Below the pieces are notes generated by a model that was not told where the DNA came from, made no database searches, and saw only the letters and a program-made list of their open reading frames with translations. DNA of 64,000 nucleotides from Isurus oxyrinchus. Its lineage: Eukaryota. The DNA lies in NCBI GenBank assembly GCA_026770705.1, contig JANJGN010000026.1:33418001-33482000 (forward strand), given 5' to 3'. Made by a program: the position numbers and the translations under genes. Each line of letters opens with the position of its first letter. Within the stretch, counting starts at the first letter, position 1. Below, one piece after another: positions 1 to 13,309 of this stretch.

Positions 1-625
1 AAAACTTTACACAGTATTTCAGACTGGAGTCCATTTCAGTCCTCTCCTGCATAAAACTCACCCAACATCCTGGGGTCGGATTGCACTTTCAAAGGCGGCC
101 AGAGATCATCCAATCCTTTTCTCCCTTTGGACGAGCTATTTCTTGCTGGTTGTCAATGAACATGCCACCAGTTTCTAATTGTTCCCTTATGTTCATGTTC
201 TCCTTTATAAGATTAATGCATCATCCTTATTCTCTCACTGCACTATGTTGTTTCCATTAACATTAATCAGGGATACAGATAAATTACAGCAATCCCAACT
301 CTCAACATCTGCTTTAAAATAGAGAGAAGTGTCTGCAGTTCCAAACTTTCACGTTTCAGCCTGAGGGCTGAAAAGGAGGAGAGTGATTGGTTCTACGAAG
401 ACAATTGAAAGATATGGCGGGGACAATGTCGCTAATTTCAGTCATTGATTGTCCAATAATAAAATTCCATATTTACCCACATCAGGATCACTTATATCTG
501 AAGTCCGTTGTGTCACTCTTCCGTTTTTCTCCCGGGTCAGGTATTGAACAAGCCACTGCAGGTATCCAAACTTGCCGCAGGTGTGTTGAGTTTATTCACC
601 TGGTGCCTCATTCAAATTGTACGGC
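1..625 (+). repeat. Paralogous copy of the NAR-TCR J/supporting-V intron (41590-42155)
   Basis: Colinear similarity throughout, e.g. GAAAAGGAGGAGAGTGATTGGTTCTA versus GAAAAGGAGGAAAGTGATTGGTTCTA; ORFs 387-629 and 41947-42192 are homologous. Confidence 0.9.
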
Positions 626-629
626 TTGA

Positions 630-930
630 GAGACTTGCAGCTGTTAACCGTTTACACTGTTCAGTTTCTGAATTCCAAACAGAACAGTTAAACGAGTGGT
701 TTCTGCAGTGCGGCCGCCAACAGCTCGAAGACCGTTGATCAGCCGAACCGGTTTTAGTCACGTTGAAATCACACAATGGGACAAAATTAAAACACAATTT
801 GCTGGAATTCAGAAATTGAACCGGATTTTATAGAATGAGCTGTTGGCTCTCTCTCTCTCTCTTTGCCTGTCTATTTCTCCCTGCCTCTATATCTTTCCTT
901 CTTTCCCTGTCTCTGTCTGGGCCTCTCTCC
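630..930 (+). repeat. ~300-bp direct repeat shared with 5187-5490, ending in a (CT)n-rich tract
   Basis: GCAGCTGTTAACCGTT...CACAATGGGACAAAATTAAAACACAATTTGCTGGAA...TAGAATGAGC is present in both copies. Confidence 0.88.
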
Positions 931-1435
931 CTTTGTCTATTGCATTCTCCTTCCCTTTCTAAATTTCTGTCTTTGTTGTTGTGTCTCTCAGTTGTCTCTC
1001 GCAATCTCTCTCTCTCTCTCTCCCTCTCTCTCTCCCTCTCTCCCTCTTTCTCTCTCACCCCTTCCCGTCTCTCTCGCACACACACTTTCTGCTCTCTGCG
1101 TCAATCTTTGTCTCCATCCTGTGACTCTTTCTGAGTGTCTCGGCATATTTTCCTCCTTTTCTCTCCCTCATCTCTCACTTTCTCTCTTTCATTCTACTTT
1201 CCTTGGCTTTCATGTTCTACTTTCATTGGTTCCAATCGAAAGTGTCACTTTTCCCTTTTTTGTTCAGAATCCGAAATATTCGCAAACTTGACTTTCTGTC
1301 AATAAAACGTATTAACTTTGGATGCAAATTTACAGCCGGAAAGCGTCGGTTTCTGATTCTGGTGCTGTCAGAGGTGAAGATTCAGTGTTCACAAAATGAA
1401 CTCCCACCATTCAGGTTATATGGCAGCCTAGCGAT

Positions 1436-1765
1436 ATTTTCCGTACAGTGCTTATATCGGTTTGTATCACTGAATATTCAGCACACAATAAAACATCCCA
1501 CTGTCACTCAGTTCTACATCTTTCAGGATTAAACTGAAAAAACGATCTGATACCCGGAGTGTTGAATAGATTCGGCCGCCCACACGCTCTGCTTACTGCC
1601 CTCCCTCTGAATTCATTTTGATTTTCAGTGTCAGCGCCTTCTCGTTTCTTTGGTGCCAGAAAAGATCATATCGGCGGCGACCTGTGGAGTTTCAACAGGG
1701 CAATACCATTCATCCTTTCTCCAAACATGATACTGATGATGCAGGTTGCTTAATTGTATTTGAAT
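1436..1765 (-). pseudogene. TCR alpha/delta V pseudogene
   Basis: Reads NTIKQPASSVSCLEKG*MVLPC*NSTGRRRYDLFWHQRNEKAL...Q*AERVGGRIYSTLRVSDRFFSLILKDVELSDSGMFYCVLN with three stops. The RSS is degenerate: TTCAGTG-23-ACGGAAAAT. Confidence 0.85.
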
Positions 1766-4700
1766 AGTACAGACTTTCGAATAGTCAATGAACAGAAGAC
1801 AAATGGATGTTTAGATACTGGAGACAACAATAAATCCTCGTTCCTTTCCTTCATCGCACCAACATTGTATGAGGCCATTCAGCTCATCGTGTCAGTGTAG
1901 CCTCTTTGGCAGAGGCACCAAATTGTTCGCACTTCACTGTTCACCCTGCTTTGTCTTGCAAAGGTTTCCATTTCAAGTAGTTACCCAATTATGTTTTTGA
2001 CATTTGTTATTGAAACTGCTTCCACCAACCTATCCGGCAGTGCATTCCACAACTCAACAACTTAGAGTGCAAATAAATGGCTGCTCAGGTTGCCTTTGAT
2101 TCTTTTGCGAATTAATTCAAATCCAAGTTCTCTGATTACCGAGATTTCCGCCGGTGGATGCAACTTCCCTTATTTATTCAACTAAAACAGTTCATAATTG
2201 TTAATATCTCCATCGCATGTCCTCTCAATCGTTTCTGTTCAACACAGAACAACCGCAGATTCTCAAGTCGCTCCACAAAGCTAAAGCCTCTCATCAGTTG
2301 AAGCTTCCTAATAAATCTCTCCCGCACCTTCTGCAAGACCGTCAAATCATTCATCAGGTGTGGTTCACATATTTATACACAACAGTCCAACTGAGAACTT
2401 AACAGCTTTCTAGAAATGTTTAGCAAAGCATCCTAATCCTATTGATAAAATCAAGAATTTAAATTCTTTTTTACAGCAGTCCCAGCCTCCACTACCAACT
2501 TCAAACGTTTGTGCACTTTGCAAATTCTCCATCTCTCTGTTCCGACAGCGCCAATGAACTTGCATCATTATGTTCATATCGGATATCCTCATCACCTTCA
2601 GGCATGAAGAAAGTCAAACAGATAGGTAAGCAAAAAGTATCTGGAGAGGTGCAGAAGGGCTAACTGCAAGATACAGAACCATATGTAGATAACTGTTGAA
2701 TACCTTTAACAGAATGCACATCACTTAACTTGCTGGGATTGGGGGGTCTGGTGGTTGGGGGTTCCAAACAATTACATATTGTGTGGAGTCAGGATGTCAC
2801 ATCGGAAAGACAGGGATAGTTTTTTTGTACGGGCCTCTCGTTGTCTGGTGACGTTCTGTTTCCTAGAACCTAGCTATCCACAGTGCTGTCAGACAACTTC
2901 GCCTAGTGAATGGTTAAATGGACCGTTCTTGCAGCTTTATGTAAGGTAGCACATATCACATGCTTCCCAAAGATGTTTGTTCTGACTTGGCAGGCCTGGA
3001 TGTGTGCCAGACGGACCAAACCCACAAGGGAAACTTGGCCACGTTATCACAGTTTTGCAATTTGTTTTTATTCCGAGAAGTTTTGTGCACTGAATTCAGA
3101 AGTAATGAGCCTACTGGAACCTTTAGAGATTTTTTAAAAACCATATTTAAACATATATTAACAACAGGAAATATTTCAAACACACACACATACGTTTAGA
3201 GTTGCTGAGTACTATAACAAATATCAAACTTCCTAATTTACCTGATTTCAATCTGCACACACCTATTGGGGAAATATTCTAAAATAGATTTTAAATTAAA
3301 ATAAATACAAGCAAGCAAGGTTAGCAAAGGACACACTCGACAGCAGAATTCCAAAGGCTTTTACCCAACTTTAGCTCCTCGACACAGTTGACGTTTGCTC
3401 ACATGGTTAGAGGCTTCCCCAAGGCTATTTCACACACTCCTGTTAGATCTTACATACTTCCTGAAACACGGGTCCCATTACCTCAGTGGGTTGAATGATT
3501 GTGAATATCGGTGTCAAGCAGATGAAAGGCAGCATGTTATCAGATTAAGAAACACACCAGCAACAGAGGCTCAGGCCCACAGCAAAAACTTCATAAATCC
3601 TGAACAATATGGTATTGGGCACAATCCACCCTCCGAGTGAACAGTGGAGTTACATGAGTCAGCCACCTGAAAAATTCAAAGGAATTTAAATCTCTGCGAT
3701 CCATGTGTGGAAATGGCAGCTTCGATGACAGGCTGACAGGTTGTTCGACATATGTCAATTTCCATTACCCCCCGAATCAACATCACTGAAGCAGATCACC
3801 AGGTCATTATCACCTTGTTCTTTGTGGGAGCTTGAGGTGGTAAATTGCCTGCCATGTTTCCCACATAAAGACACTCCAAAGCCCTCTTTGGTTGTAAAGT
3901 GCTTTTTAAAGTTCTGATGTCATGAAAGGCACTGTATAAATACATGTTCTTCTTTCCTTATTGTTCTTGAGAGGCATTTTGAGAATCAGAGCCAGAAGAT
4001 GGGGTTGAGTTCTTTATACTAAGTGCAGTGTTAAACGTTACAATAAAACTCACCATCTGGACTCTCTCTCCCTCTGTATTTTACTCTCTTTGTGTATCTT
4101 TGTGTCACTCTCTAGCTCTTTATTTCCATAACTCTATTTCTGAATTGTTGTGTGTCTTGAAGGAAGTTGAAGAAAGAAATATGCAGACAAATTAAGGAAT
4201 TTAGTAACAAACAGATTAATAATAATGGGGCTTGCGCAACGTAGTATTACGTCAGTAGAAGAAGTATGTAAAGGGGCTAAGGGAATTGAGTTCCCACAGT
4301 GTGCACTGTTGTCTTTATAAAGCAAAATGCAAATAAAAAAGAAAGGCAAGGTAACGGCGAATGAAACTGATCAGGGTGAGAAGTAAAGGCAGTGGAGCAT
4401 CTAGGCATTGATGACTATAACAAAATATGCTCCAAGATGAGGATAGGGATTAATAAAATTTTGAGGGAAACCAACTAACCATCTGGTTGATTGAACGCTA
4501 GGCAATTCCAGTGAAGCGGGATGGTCGAGTGATTGAGGTAATGGGCATAAAATAGAATAAATGAATGCTCACGTGCAATTGAACTCCATTCCTGGGAGTT
4601 TGTTTATCAGTGCTGCTCCTACTTTTGTTGATTAAAGAAAATGGAGGTAAGGTACTGAAGTTGATGGACAGAGTAACAATTCTCTTAGTAAATGCGGAGC

Positions 4701-5534
4701 AAGCTCGAGAGGCTGAATAGCCTCCTTCTGTTCGTGTACGGAAATATTATGTCTCCAGATGCAGAGGTTAAGTTTGTCCCAGGGAGAGAGATGCAGAGAG
4801 GGGGGCCGAAAAATAGAATGTTGGGCTGACAGGGAAATAACAAGCAATTTATTTAAAGCAAAAAGAAATTTTGGCACAGTGTGTGACAATGACAGATAAG
4901 TTCAGGGGTTTAAAAGACGCTCTTGGAAAGTCAGTTGTTGAAGGCGATTGGGATTTAATTGGGGCAACTGAAGGCAATGGGGATTAAAACCATTAAATAC
5001 TGTAGTGTTTAACAAAACAATGTTGTAGAATTGGCGGGTATATGAACTCCTCGTATTTCTGTCTTACATCTCCCCATCTTTTAGCAGTTTAATAAAAACA
5101 ACTAATAAATAGTGGAGGTGAGTGGGGATGTTAGAGACTGCCGCTCTCAACTACCACATTTTCTAACCACCTAGCCTCAATGCCTGAGGGACGTGCAGCT
5201 GTTAACCGTTCTCACTGTTCAGTTTCTCCAGTTCTAAACAGCAGTTAAACGATTGGTTTCTGTAGTGCGGTCGCTGACAGTTCGATGTCCGTTGCTCAGC
5301 AGAACCGGATTTAGTCAGACTGAAATCGCACAATGGGACAAAATTAAAACACAATTTGCTGGAAATCAGAAATTGAACCGAAGGATTTGATAGAATGAGC
5401 GGCGGGCTCTCTCTCTCTCTCTTTGACTGTCTCTGTTTCTCCCTGCCTCTATATCTTTCTGTCTCTGTCCTCGTCTGCCCCTCTCTCCCTTAGACTAACA
5501 GTTGCGTCAAATCTGGGTGTGATTTACAGGGACA

Positions 5535-5757
5535 TTATAGAGGGAGCTTTACTCTGGATCTAACCCCGTGCTGTACCTGTCCTGGGGGTGTTTGATGGGG
5601 ACAGTATGCAGGAAGCTTTACTCTGTATCTAACCCCGTGCTTTACCTGCTCTGGGAGTGTTTGATGTGGATGTTATAGGGGAAGCTTTATTCTGTATCTA
5701 ACCCCGTGCTGCATCTGCCCTGGGTTTCTTTTTGACAACGTAGAGGGAGCTTTACTT
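5535..5757 (+). repeat. ~69-bp tandem repeat (AGAGGGAGCTTTACTCTGTATCTAACCCCGTGCTGTACCTG...)
   Basis: AGCTTTA anchors at ~5546, 5615, 5683 and 5748; a decayed copy lies at 29395-29620. Confidence 0.85.
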
Positions 5758-7212
5758 CGAGAGGGAATGAAATAGAGAAAGGACGCGCAGAGAGAGGACG
5801 AGAGAGAGATCGGGAGCATTAACTTTTCATATGTAACTTTAAAAATTATATTATTGTTCTAAAATGACTTGGTTTTGTAGTTAAACAGACTGTCTTTTTT
5901 TTCCAGACCTGTTTGGCCGGACATTCAGAAACACAAGATCTTTTTTAAGAAATTGCTTTTTTACTGAAATAATCCTTTTCGGTTCAATCAAAGAAGTTCC
6001 TCGGGATTATTTTCCTGTCGAACTTTTTAGCTTTTGATCTTTTATGCGCCCTAGCATTTGAAAACCAACTGCTAACTGAATCCTAACGGAAAGTTTTCTG
6101 CTCGTGTTTGCACCGACTGTATTACGTTCAATGTTACCGTGCATAACTTCGTTTCATCTAGTATGTTTCACTTTCAGTTAGGTTTAAACATCATTGCGTC
6201 AGATAGCTTGGAAATTGAAAATAAGATGATTTTGAAAATAACTTGATTTCTTTCACTATGTTGTCTGCTATGTTCCATTCTATTGCAGTTTTAGCTCCTT
6301 ACTTTGCTCAGGAGTATTATAACAAATTATACACATCTTGTGAAATTTATCAATCGGTTTACTTTGTCTGTTTCTCTCTGTCTAACTTTATTGGATTCCA
6401 TGGATATGTTTTGTCCAAGTAGAGATTAACACCATATCTCAGCAACTGTAATTTTTGATGATTCATATTTGGCACTAATTCCGATGTGTCAATGAAGAGA
6501 AAATGTCCACTAAATGGAAGCAACATCCTGTGCAGTGGGGAATTTGTAATCAACATGGGAGATAAGAGTGACTGATGATTTAGTAGAAGTGCCAGCGAGA
6601 TTTGATTTAATCACACGACACTTTTAAATGCTGCATTAAGAGGGCAGCAAAGAGACCAAATATATCAGGGAATATATGAATACAGCCAGAAGTTGCTTCC
6701 CAACACGAATTACCTTGCTAGGCCATTCTAGAGGGCACTTAAAGCTCAACTACATGGCTGGGGCTGTGGAGTCACATGCAGGCCAGACCACATAAGGACT
6801 GCAGGTTCCCTTCTCGAAAGGACATTAGAGAATCAGATTTTTTATGACAATAGATGATCGCCATTGGGACTAAGCTGTTTTCAATTCGAGATTGGTTTTA
6901 TTAATTAATTGAACAGATTCAATTCCACTAGTTGCTGTGGGGGGCCGGGGTGGGGGGTGGGGGGGGGGGTGAGATTGAACCCAGTCTCCACATCAGCACC
7001 GCCTGAGAGTTGGAGAAGTTTTGTAAAGCGGGGAGAACAGAATAGAATCAGGAGGATAACAATCCTGGAAATATTGCACCACATCATAAAGTAATCACGA
7101 TGTAATACAACGCAGTCAACATCTGTAAGTGACAGACACCGGCAGGTCAACGCGTTCTTAAGTGACCTAAGGCCTTACAGGGACCAGTGACATTGCCGCT
7201 ACCCCACCGTCT

Positions 7213-7845
7213 TCAGTGAAGCCCAATGCAAACTGGAGGAACAACACCTCATCTTCCGACTAGGCACCTTACAGCCTTCCGGTCTGAATATTGAGTTCAA
7301 CAACTTCAGGTCGTGAGCTCCCTCCCCCATCCCCACCCCCTTTCTTTTTCCCCCTTTTTCCTTTTTTTTTCCCATAAATTATATAGATTTTTCTTTTCCC
7401 ACCTATTTCCGTTATTTTTAAATATTTTAAAATCTTTTATGCTCCCCCCACCCCCACTAGAGCTGTACCTTGAGTGCCCTACCATCCATTCTTAATTAGC
7501 ACATTCGTTTAGATAATATCACCAACTTTAACTTTAACACCTATGTTTTCTTTTGTACCATTGTCGCTGACATCTTTTGATGATCTGCTTCTATCACTGC
7601 TTGTTTGTCTACACAACCACCTCTCTCTCTCTCTATCTCTCCGCCCCCCCACAAACACACCTTAAACCAGCTTATATTTCAACTCTTTCTTGGACTCGAA
7701 ATCAAGTTCTGTCGAAGGGTCATGAGGACTCGAAACGTCAACTCTTTTCTTCTCCGCCGATGCTGCCAGACCTGCTGAGTTTTTCCAGGTAATTCTGTTT
7801 TTGTTCTGGATTTCCAGCATCCGCAATTTTTTTTGTTTTTATCTT
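7213..7845 (+). mobile_element. Penelope-like 3' fragment
   Basis: Near-identical to 58685-59340 (end of GIY-YIG plus 3' region). Confidence 0.92.
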
Positions 7846-8814
7846 GGTAGAAACATTTGCTCAAGTTTACAAACCGCCAGAAGAATCCGCTGGAATGCAT
7901 ATATTTCACTGTGGATTTTTTTTTCTGACTGGTATAACTGCCATCCTGCGGTTTTTGTTTTTCAGCTCAAAAAATAAACTAGGTCATCAAAACCCTGTTG
8001 TCTCAGATATAGATAAAGGGAAGATGGAGGAGAGCAGATTAATGAGTCAAATTATCAGAAAAGTGAAGGCGAGCTGATTTAAATCCAGTCCAATATTCTT
8101 AGTGTGGGAGTAGAGAGCCTTTTGAGGGGCTGCGCTCAATAACTGTTCGTGGATTGGTGCACAGAATATCCCATTTGCTTACGCAGCGCCGCAAAGGCCA
8201 GTCCTGAGGCCAAGTCGAGTTACATACACCATTTGTACCAGTGTTGGGTGAAAAACAGAAAAAGATGTGGACAGGCCCACAAGTTGCTATAATTAATTTA
8301 CTATTTCCATCAACAATTACAGAAATCAAAGGACGGCCCAGTCCATCCAGACTGCCCCGTAGTAGGAATTAAGTAAATTGGAATTGCAGTCACTATGGTA
8401 ATGTAGGAAATGGTCAAATTATGCACAGCAAGCTCCCACAAAGAGCAGTGTAATCATTTGTTTCATTGATATCGTTTGAGGTTTAAATGCATGGGAGATT
8501 TGACCAGCTCTTTTGTGCAATAAGTGGTGGGGTGTTTAAGGTCCTCCTCGGGGAGGAGGGCGGGAGTGCGTGATAGGCAGAATTTCCATTTAATAGCTCA
8601 TCCGAAAAATGCCACCACGGACATTGCAGCACTCCCTTCATACTGGCAGAAGTGTCAGCCTGAGTTATGTGCTCACGCCTCTAGAGTGGGGCCTGAACAC
8701 ACACATTTCTGATAGAGAAGCAGAGTTGTGAGATGGAACAGTTAAACTGAGCCGCGGATAGCACTTACCCACAAAGGGTGGGTTTCTATGAGCTGGTAGT
8801 TCTACATCACTGCG

Positions 8815-9286
8815 GGTTTTTTTACAGCGACAGATGAGTTTTAAACCAGTGTGTTGCGGCGGTGTCCTGGATTTCCGCTCAAGTGATCGTTAGAGGAAAC
8901 TTCTTTCCTTCGTTAGTCTGACCCGCCTCGGATTTCCCTTTGGTAAAATCTGCATCTCTTTTACTGCTTCTATCTCGATACAAAATAAAACGCAGAACCT
9001 GATTCGTGTGCTGTCTGTACCAGTACAGGCCGGGATTACTATGATTTGTTGTGTAGCTACAGTCTATTTTCTTGCTGTCTCCTTCAGTAACATGCAGTGA
9101 GGTCTGAGGTTGGGACACAGACTCTGCCTGAATCAAACCTGAAATAAAACGTAACGAAAAACGAATGCAATACTGAGTTTAAAAGTCTATTAACATCACA
9201 TAACTGCAAACGGATAAAATGATCTGGCTGCACCTACCGAACATCAGCCACAATAAAATCAGATGACGATGTGGCATAAGCCACAT
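8815..9286 (-). pseudogene. TCR alpha/delta V pseudogene (leader 9286-9238, V exon from 9138)
   Basis: Leader MWLMPHRHLILLWLMF with phase-1 donor. V reads GLIQAESVSQPQTSLHVTEGDSKKIDCSY...LYWYRQ...FPLTIT*AEIQDTAA with a stop at 8881-8879. The YYC region is deleted. RSS CACACTG-23-AAAAAAACC. Confidence 0.9.
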
Positions 9287-10622
9287 TATATCCTGAGCAA
9301 CAATCTCTTCGAAAAGCAGATATATTTACTGTTGCAATCTGTTACATTAATAAACAGTTCTCCAGAGAGCTTTAACGGAAGGGGGTAAGGGGCGGGGGCT
9401 TTTGTAATTCTTCTGTAATTCTTTTCCAATAAGAAGTAGCGAATGAGTTAACTCGGTCACCACATTTTGACACGAGTGCTGACTGGCCAAATATAGTCCC
9501 TCTACTTCCTCCTACGCCGTCTAATGGCATCACTCAGTAGATGGAAGGAGGAGGGGACAATGTTTGGCGGCTGGGGGGAACTATTCTGGATGGAGTTTGT
9601 GTTTGGCAATTCGCCCCTCCCTCCCCTCCTCAGACCTCTTGGTCAGGAGAGAAAATAATGAGGTCATTTAAAGAACAACTGTACATTCTTCATGTTGCAG
9701 GAGGAAAATAGCGAACCAGAGAAACTCGGAGAGAGAATAACAGGACTGAAAAAGACGGAAGAGACACAAATAAGGAAGGGAAGGTTGAATAAGAAACACT
9801 GAGGAAGAAATCACACGATGATTGCCATAAGGGAACAGCTGCTTTTCCTAGTGTTGTTCTAGCCATTGCCCAGTTATGGGCGATGGTGGCAAGATCGGCA
9901 TTTATTGCCCATCCCTTGCTTCACATAAGGATCTTATGATGAGCCTTCTCCTCCAACCACCAGTGTGTGTATGGTGAAAGTGCTCCACAGTACAGCTTAC
10001 ACCGGAGTGAGAATTGACTGTGGTTTGTAGGATTAATTGATAACACAGCACATAAAGAGGTCATTTGGTTAAGCGTGCATGTGCTTGAAGCCTGCAGGAG
10101 TTATCCAATAAACGCGAGGCTATTTTCTTTTTCTGTAGACCTGCATGTTTCATTTTGAAACATTTATCCAATTGCTTAATATTGTATCTGCTACCATCAT
10201 TCTTTCAGGAAGGCTTTCAAGATCACAATAACTCGCCTTGAAACAAATCATTAATCCCCCCCCCCCCCCCCCCCCCCCCCACCACTCGTCCCCGCCCTCC
10301 CCGGAATGATTAACTTGAATCGATACCATCTGATTATCGACCCTCCTGCCAGAAGAAAAGATTTCTCCTCATGTACTTTCTAAGGAAATTTTCATAAATT
10401 TGGTCACCTCAATTAAAATTCCCCTTACTTTCTCTGTTGCAAGGGAAAGAAAAGGTTTCTCGATTCACTCGAGCTAAATGATATCCGTAATCCTTGACAC
10501 CATTGTGTTAGAACATGAAAAATGTGTTTTTCATCATTTTCTTAATGACAGATTTTATTTTTGAAGAGTTGCTCCGTGGCAGATGCCTTTGCTTATCTCT
10601 CCAGCTTTTCTCTGGTATAACG

Positions 10623-11197
10623 ATGATTTATACGGAGTAGAGCGGCTTTGAAACACTGTGACCTTCAATTCGCAGAAATAGATGGCGCTGTCTTTAGGCT
10701 CTGCTGCAGAAATTGACAAAGGAAAAACTTGATATTGACGGAAATCACGAGCATCGAATTTTCCGTTCCAAACTCGCATCCCTGCGCCTGGTTTTATCAT
10801 AGTACAACAGAGACTGGGATGCCTGGTTCGGGCACAGCCGGTACCAGCAGCAACCCGGATCATGAGAACTGGAGTTGTATTTACAGTTCAAAAATGGATT
10901 ATCTCCCTCATGTACCTTCAACTCATATTGACTCTGCATTACCGAACTTCCTTGGGTTTTATCTGTAAAATAATATAGAAACTTCAGTTAACATACTTAC
11001 TGGTTACGAACATTCCAGTCCACAATTACGGTATAACTATTAGAAAGGAACATTTGGATAATTCACACTACAGAAAGAAAGACATTTTAACATTTACAGA
11101 TTACAAGGGGTAGAATGATAAGTCATATCAACACAGGGCTCACATGTCCCAGTATACCTATTACAAAGGAGATCAGGAACAGCTCAACAGCCGTCAT
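10623..11197 (-). pseudogene. TCR alpha/delta V pseudogene (leader 11197-11158, V exon 10962-10661)
   Basis: Leader MTAVELFLISFVI. V is split by a frameshift near 10770 between ORF 10745-10939 (LNCKY..WYR) and ORF 10555-10863 (FPLSISAAEPKDSAIYFC). Heptamer CACAGTG at 10660-10654 with a poor nonamer. Confidence 0.88.
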
Positions 11198-13309
11198 CTC
11201 TAAAGTCCTGGCAAAATATTCCTGACTATAATGTTAAAGTCTTACCGGGCACGTGCTTAATCAAGGTTTGTTTCCTTGGCTCATGATCACCGCAATGATA
11301 TCCCGAAAGTTGCTCTGTTACAAACAGCAGAAATGACCAGGTGATAGACGTGAGCAAGAAATAAACACAGTTAGCGGCAGTCTGGTTGGGCTAGCAAAGA
11401 TCACTTGTGTGCATGGTTACGTCACTCTAGTGGAGTACTAGGTGCCACAAAACCCACTGTAATATAAATAGACACATAATCTGGAGTATTATAAAAAAAT
11501 GTTTAGTTTCGTAATGCAATAACTGAGGCAGGCCTTGTGCAATATAAATGAAAGCAATGTTTCAGATATTTTAACCAGAGACATATTCTAAGTAAGTGCT
11601 AACTCAGTGCTTTGCGAGGTAAGCATGGCATACCGAAGTAAAAACTGAAACAAGCATCTAGTGTAATTCAAACGAAGACAAGATTTAGTGCTGATATAAC
11701 TGCACAACCAGTGGTGAAGTTTAAACACTGACGGATCATGGTCTAACATAAAGAAACAATTTCTTCAGTGCAGCGATTCCTTCCTCTGATACAAGGTCTA
11801 GTGTAAAATAAAGATAGAAATGGGCTACCGCGGTAATAACTGACGCAAGCCGATGGTAAACTAAAAGGATACACGTCTATTTTAAAATAAGCAATGACAT
11901 TGACTTGTGCTATGAAACCTGAGATAGGGTCTTGCGTAATATAAGCAACACGTGATTTGAAGCAGAGCATAGAGAAAGCGCTACACATAAGATAAAGAGT
12001 TACATAGTACAGTGCTAACAAAGAAAGGTCATCTAATGCAATAATTGCTTGGACACAGTCCAGCATAATACAAATGGCGACATGATCTACTGTCGCAAAA
12101 ACAGAGGCAAGGCCGAGTCTTTAATAAGTTGAAACACACATTCCTGTGCATTAGTATCTGTGGCAGAGTTTTGTGTAATATGAACAGAGATAATATTCGT
12201 ACACCAATAACTGAGATAGGATTAGTGTAACTTAAACAGTTGAACAGTGTAATGTAATATGTAGAACAGCATCTACTGCAATATAAACATGGCTGGGAGC
12301 TTGTGTAATATGAAGAAAGACAGAGTCTAGAGTTGCAGTAACTGGGCAGGCCCTCAATTATTGTGAACAGTAACTTTATCCAGTCCAGTTATGACCAATA
12401 CAGCGCCCAGAGCAACAAAGGAAGTGTCATGTTCTTGTGTAATATAAACAGGAACAGGGTCTCCTGGCATATAAACTGAAACATGGCCGACTGCACGATT
12501 AACTGAATCATCCCCCAGTGTAATATAGCTGAAGCAGAATTTAATTCATTAATATCTAAGACCTGGCCGACTGTAATGTCAGAAGGGATGTGTTGGACTG
12601 CAATGATAAACTCATGCCGGTTCCGTCCGAAAGCAAACAGACACATGGTCAAATGGAGTAACAATTAAGAGATGGCCTAACACATGTTAAAGAGTAGAAG
12701 GAGCTGAGATCGACACGGATGCAAAGGCGCAAGAGACGAGTCCAGTACAAAATAGAATAATAAGTGATCTCGTGCAGCAATTAAGGAATTGCACTGAGAC
12801 CGAGTCTGTAGGAGATAGAACAATGTCATGGTGTTCTGGGATATTGAGTCAGAAACATGATCTAGTGTGATATGAAATCAGATAAATGTGTGGGATAATA
12901 TGGACAAACAGAGATCTAGTGTAATGAAAACTGAGATAAGGCCTGGAATAATCTGCAAAGGGACATTTCGCATTTTACAACAAACAAAGATAGGATGAAA
13001 GTTAACAGAACTATAGTCTGGTGCAGTATTAAATAAAATAGGACCTAGTGTGAAATAAGCAGGGGACGAATCTCATGCTGTAATAAAATGCCACTTAGTC
13101 CAATATAAACAGAAACATTATCTGGTTTAAAATTATCAGCGGCATGGTCTAGTGCATTAAAAACTCATAGAGGACACCATTTAAAATCAGTGGCATCGTC
13201 TAAAGCATTTTTTAATAAAGCCTGCTGTAATCGAAAGGAAGGTATGGTCCTACTGCCACCAGGTGGACGCTGAATGCAATGTCCCCAGTTCGCCGATGCC
13301 AAAACGTTG

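Noticed and set aside
828-1291. ORFs of 85-142 aa
   Set aside because: Translations of a (CT)n low-complexity tract.
10256-10280. Poly-C/G tracts (also 6940-6970, 38800-38855, 44240-44275)
   Set aside because: Common low-complexity runs with no specific positional pattern.
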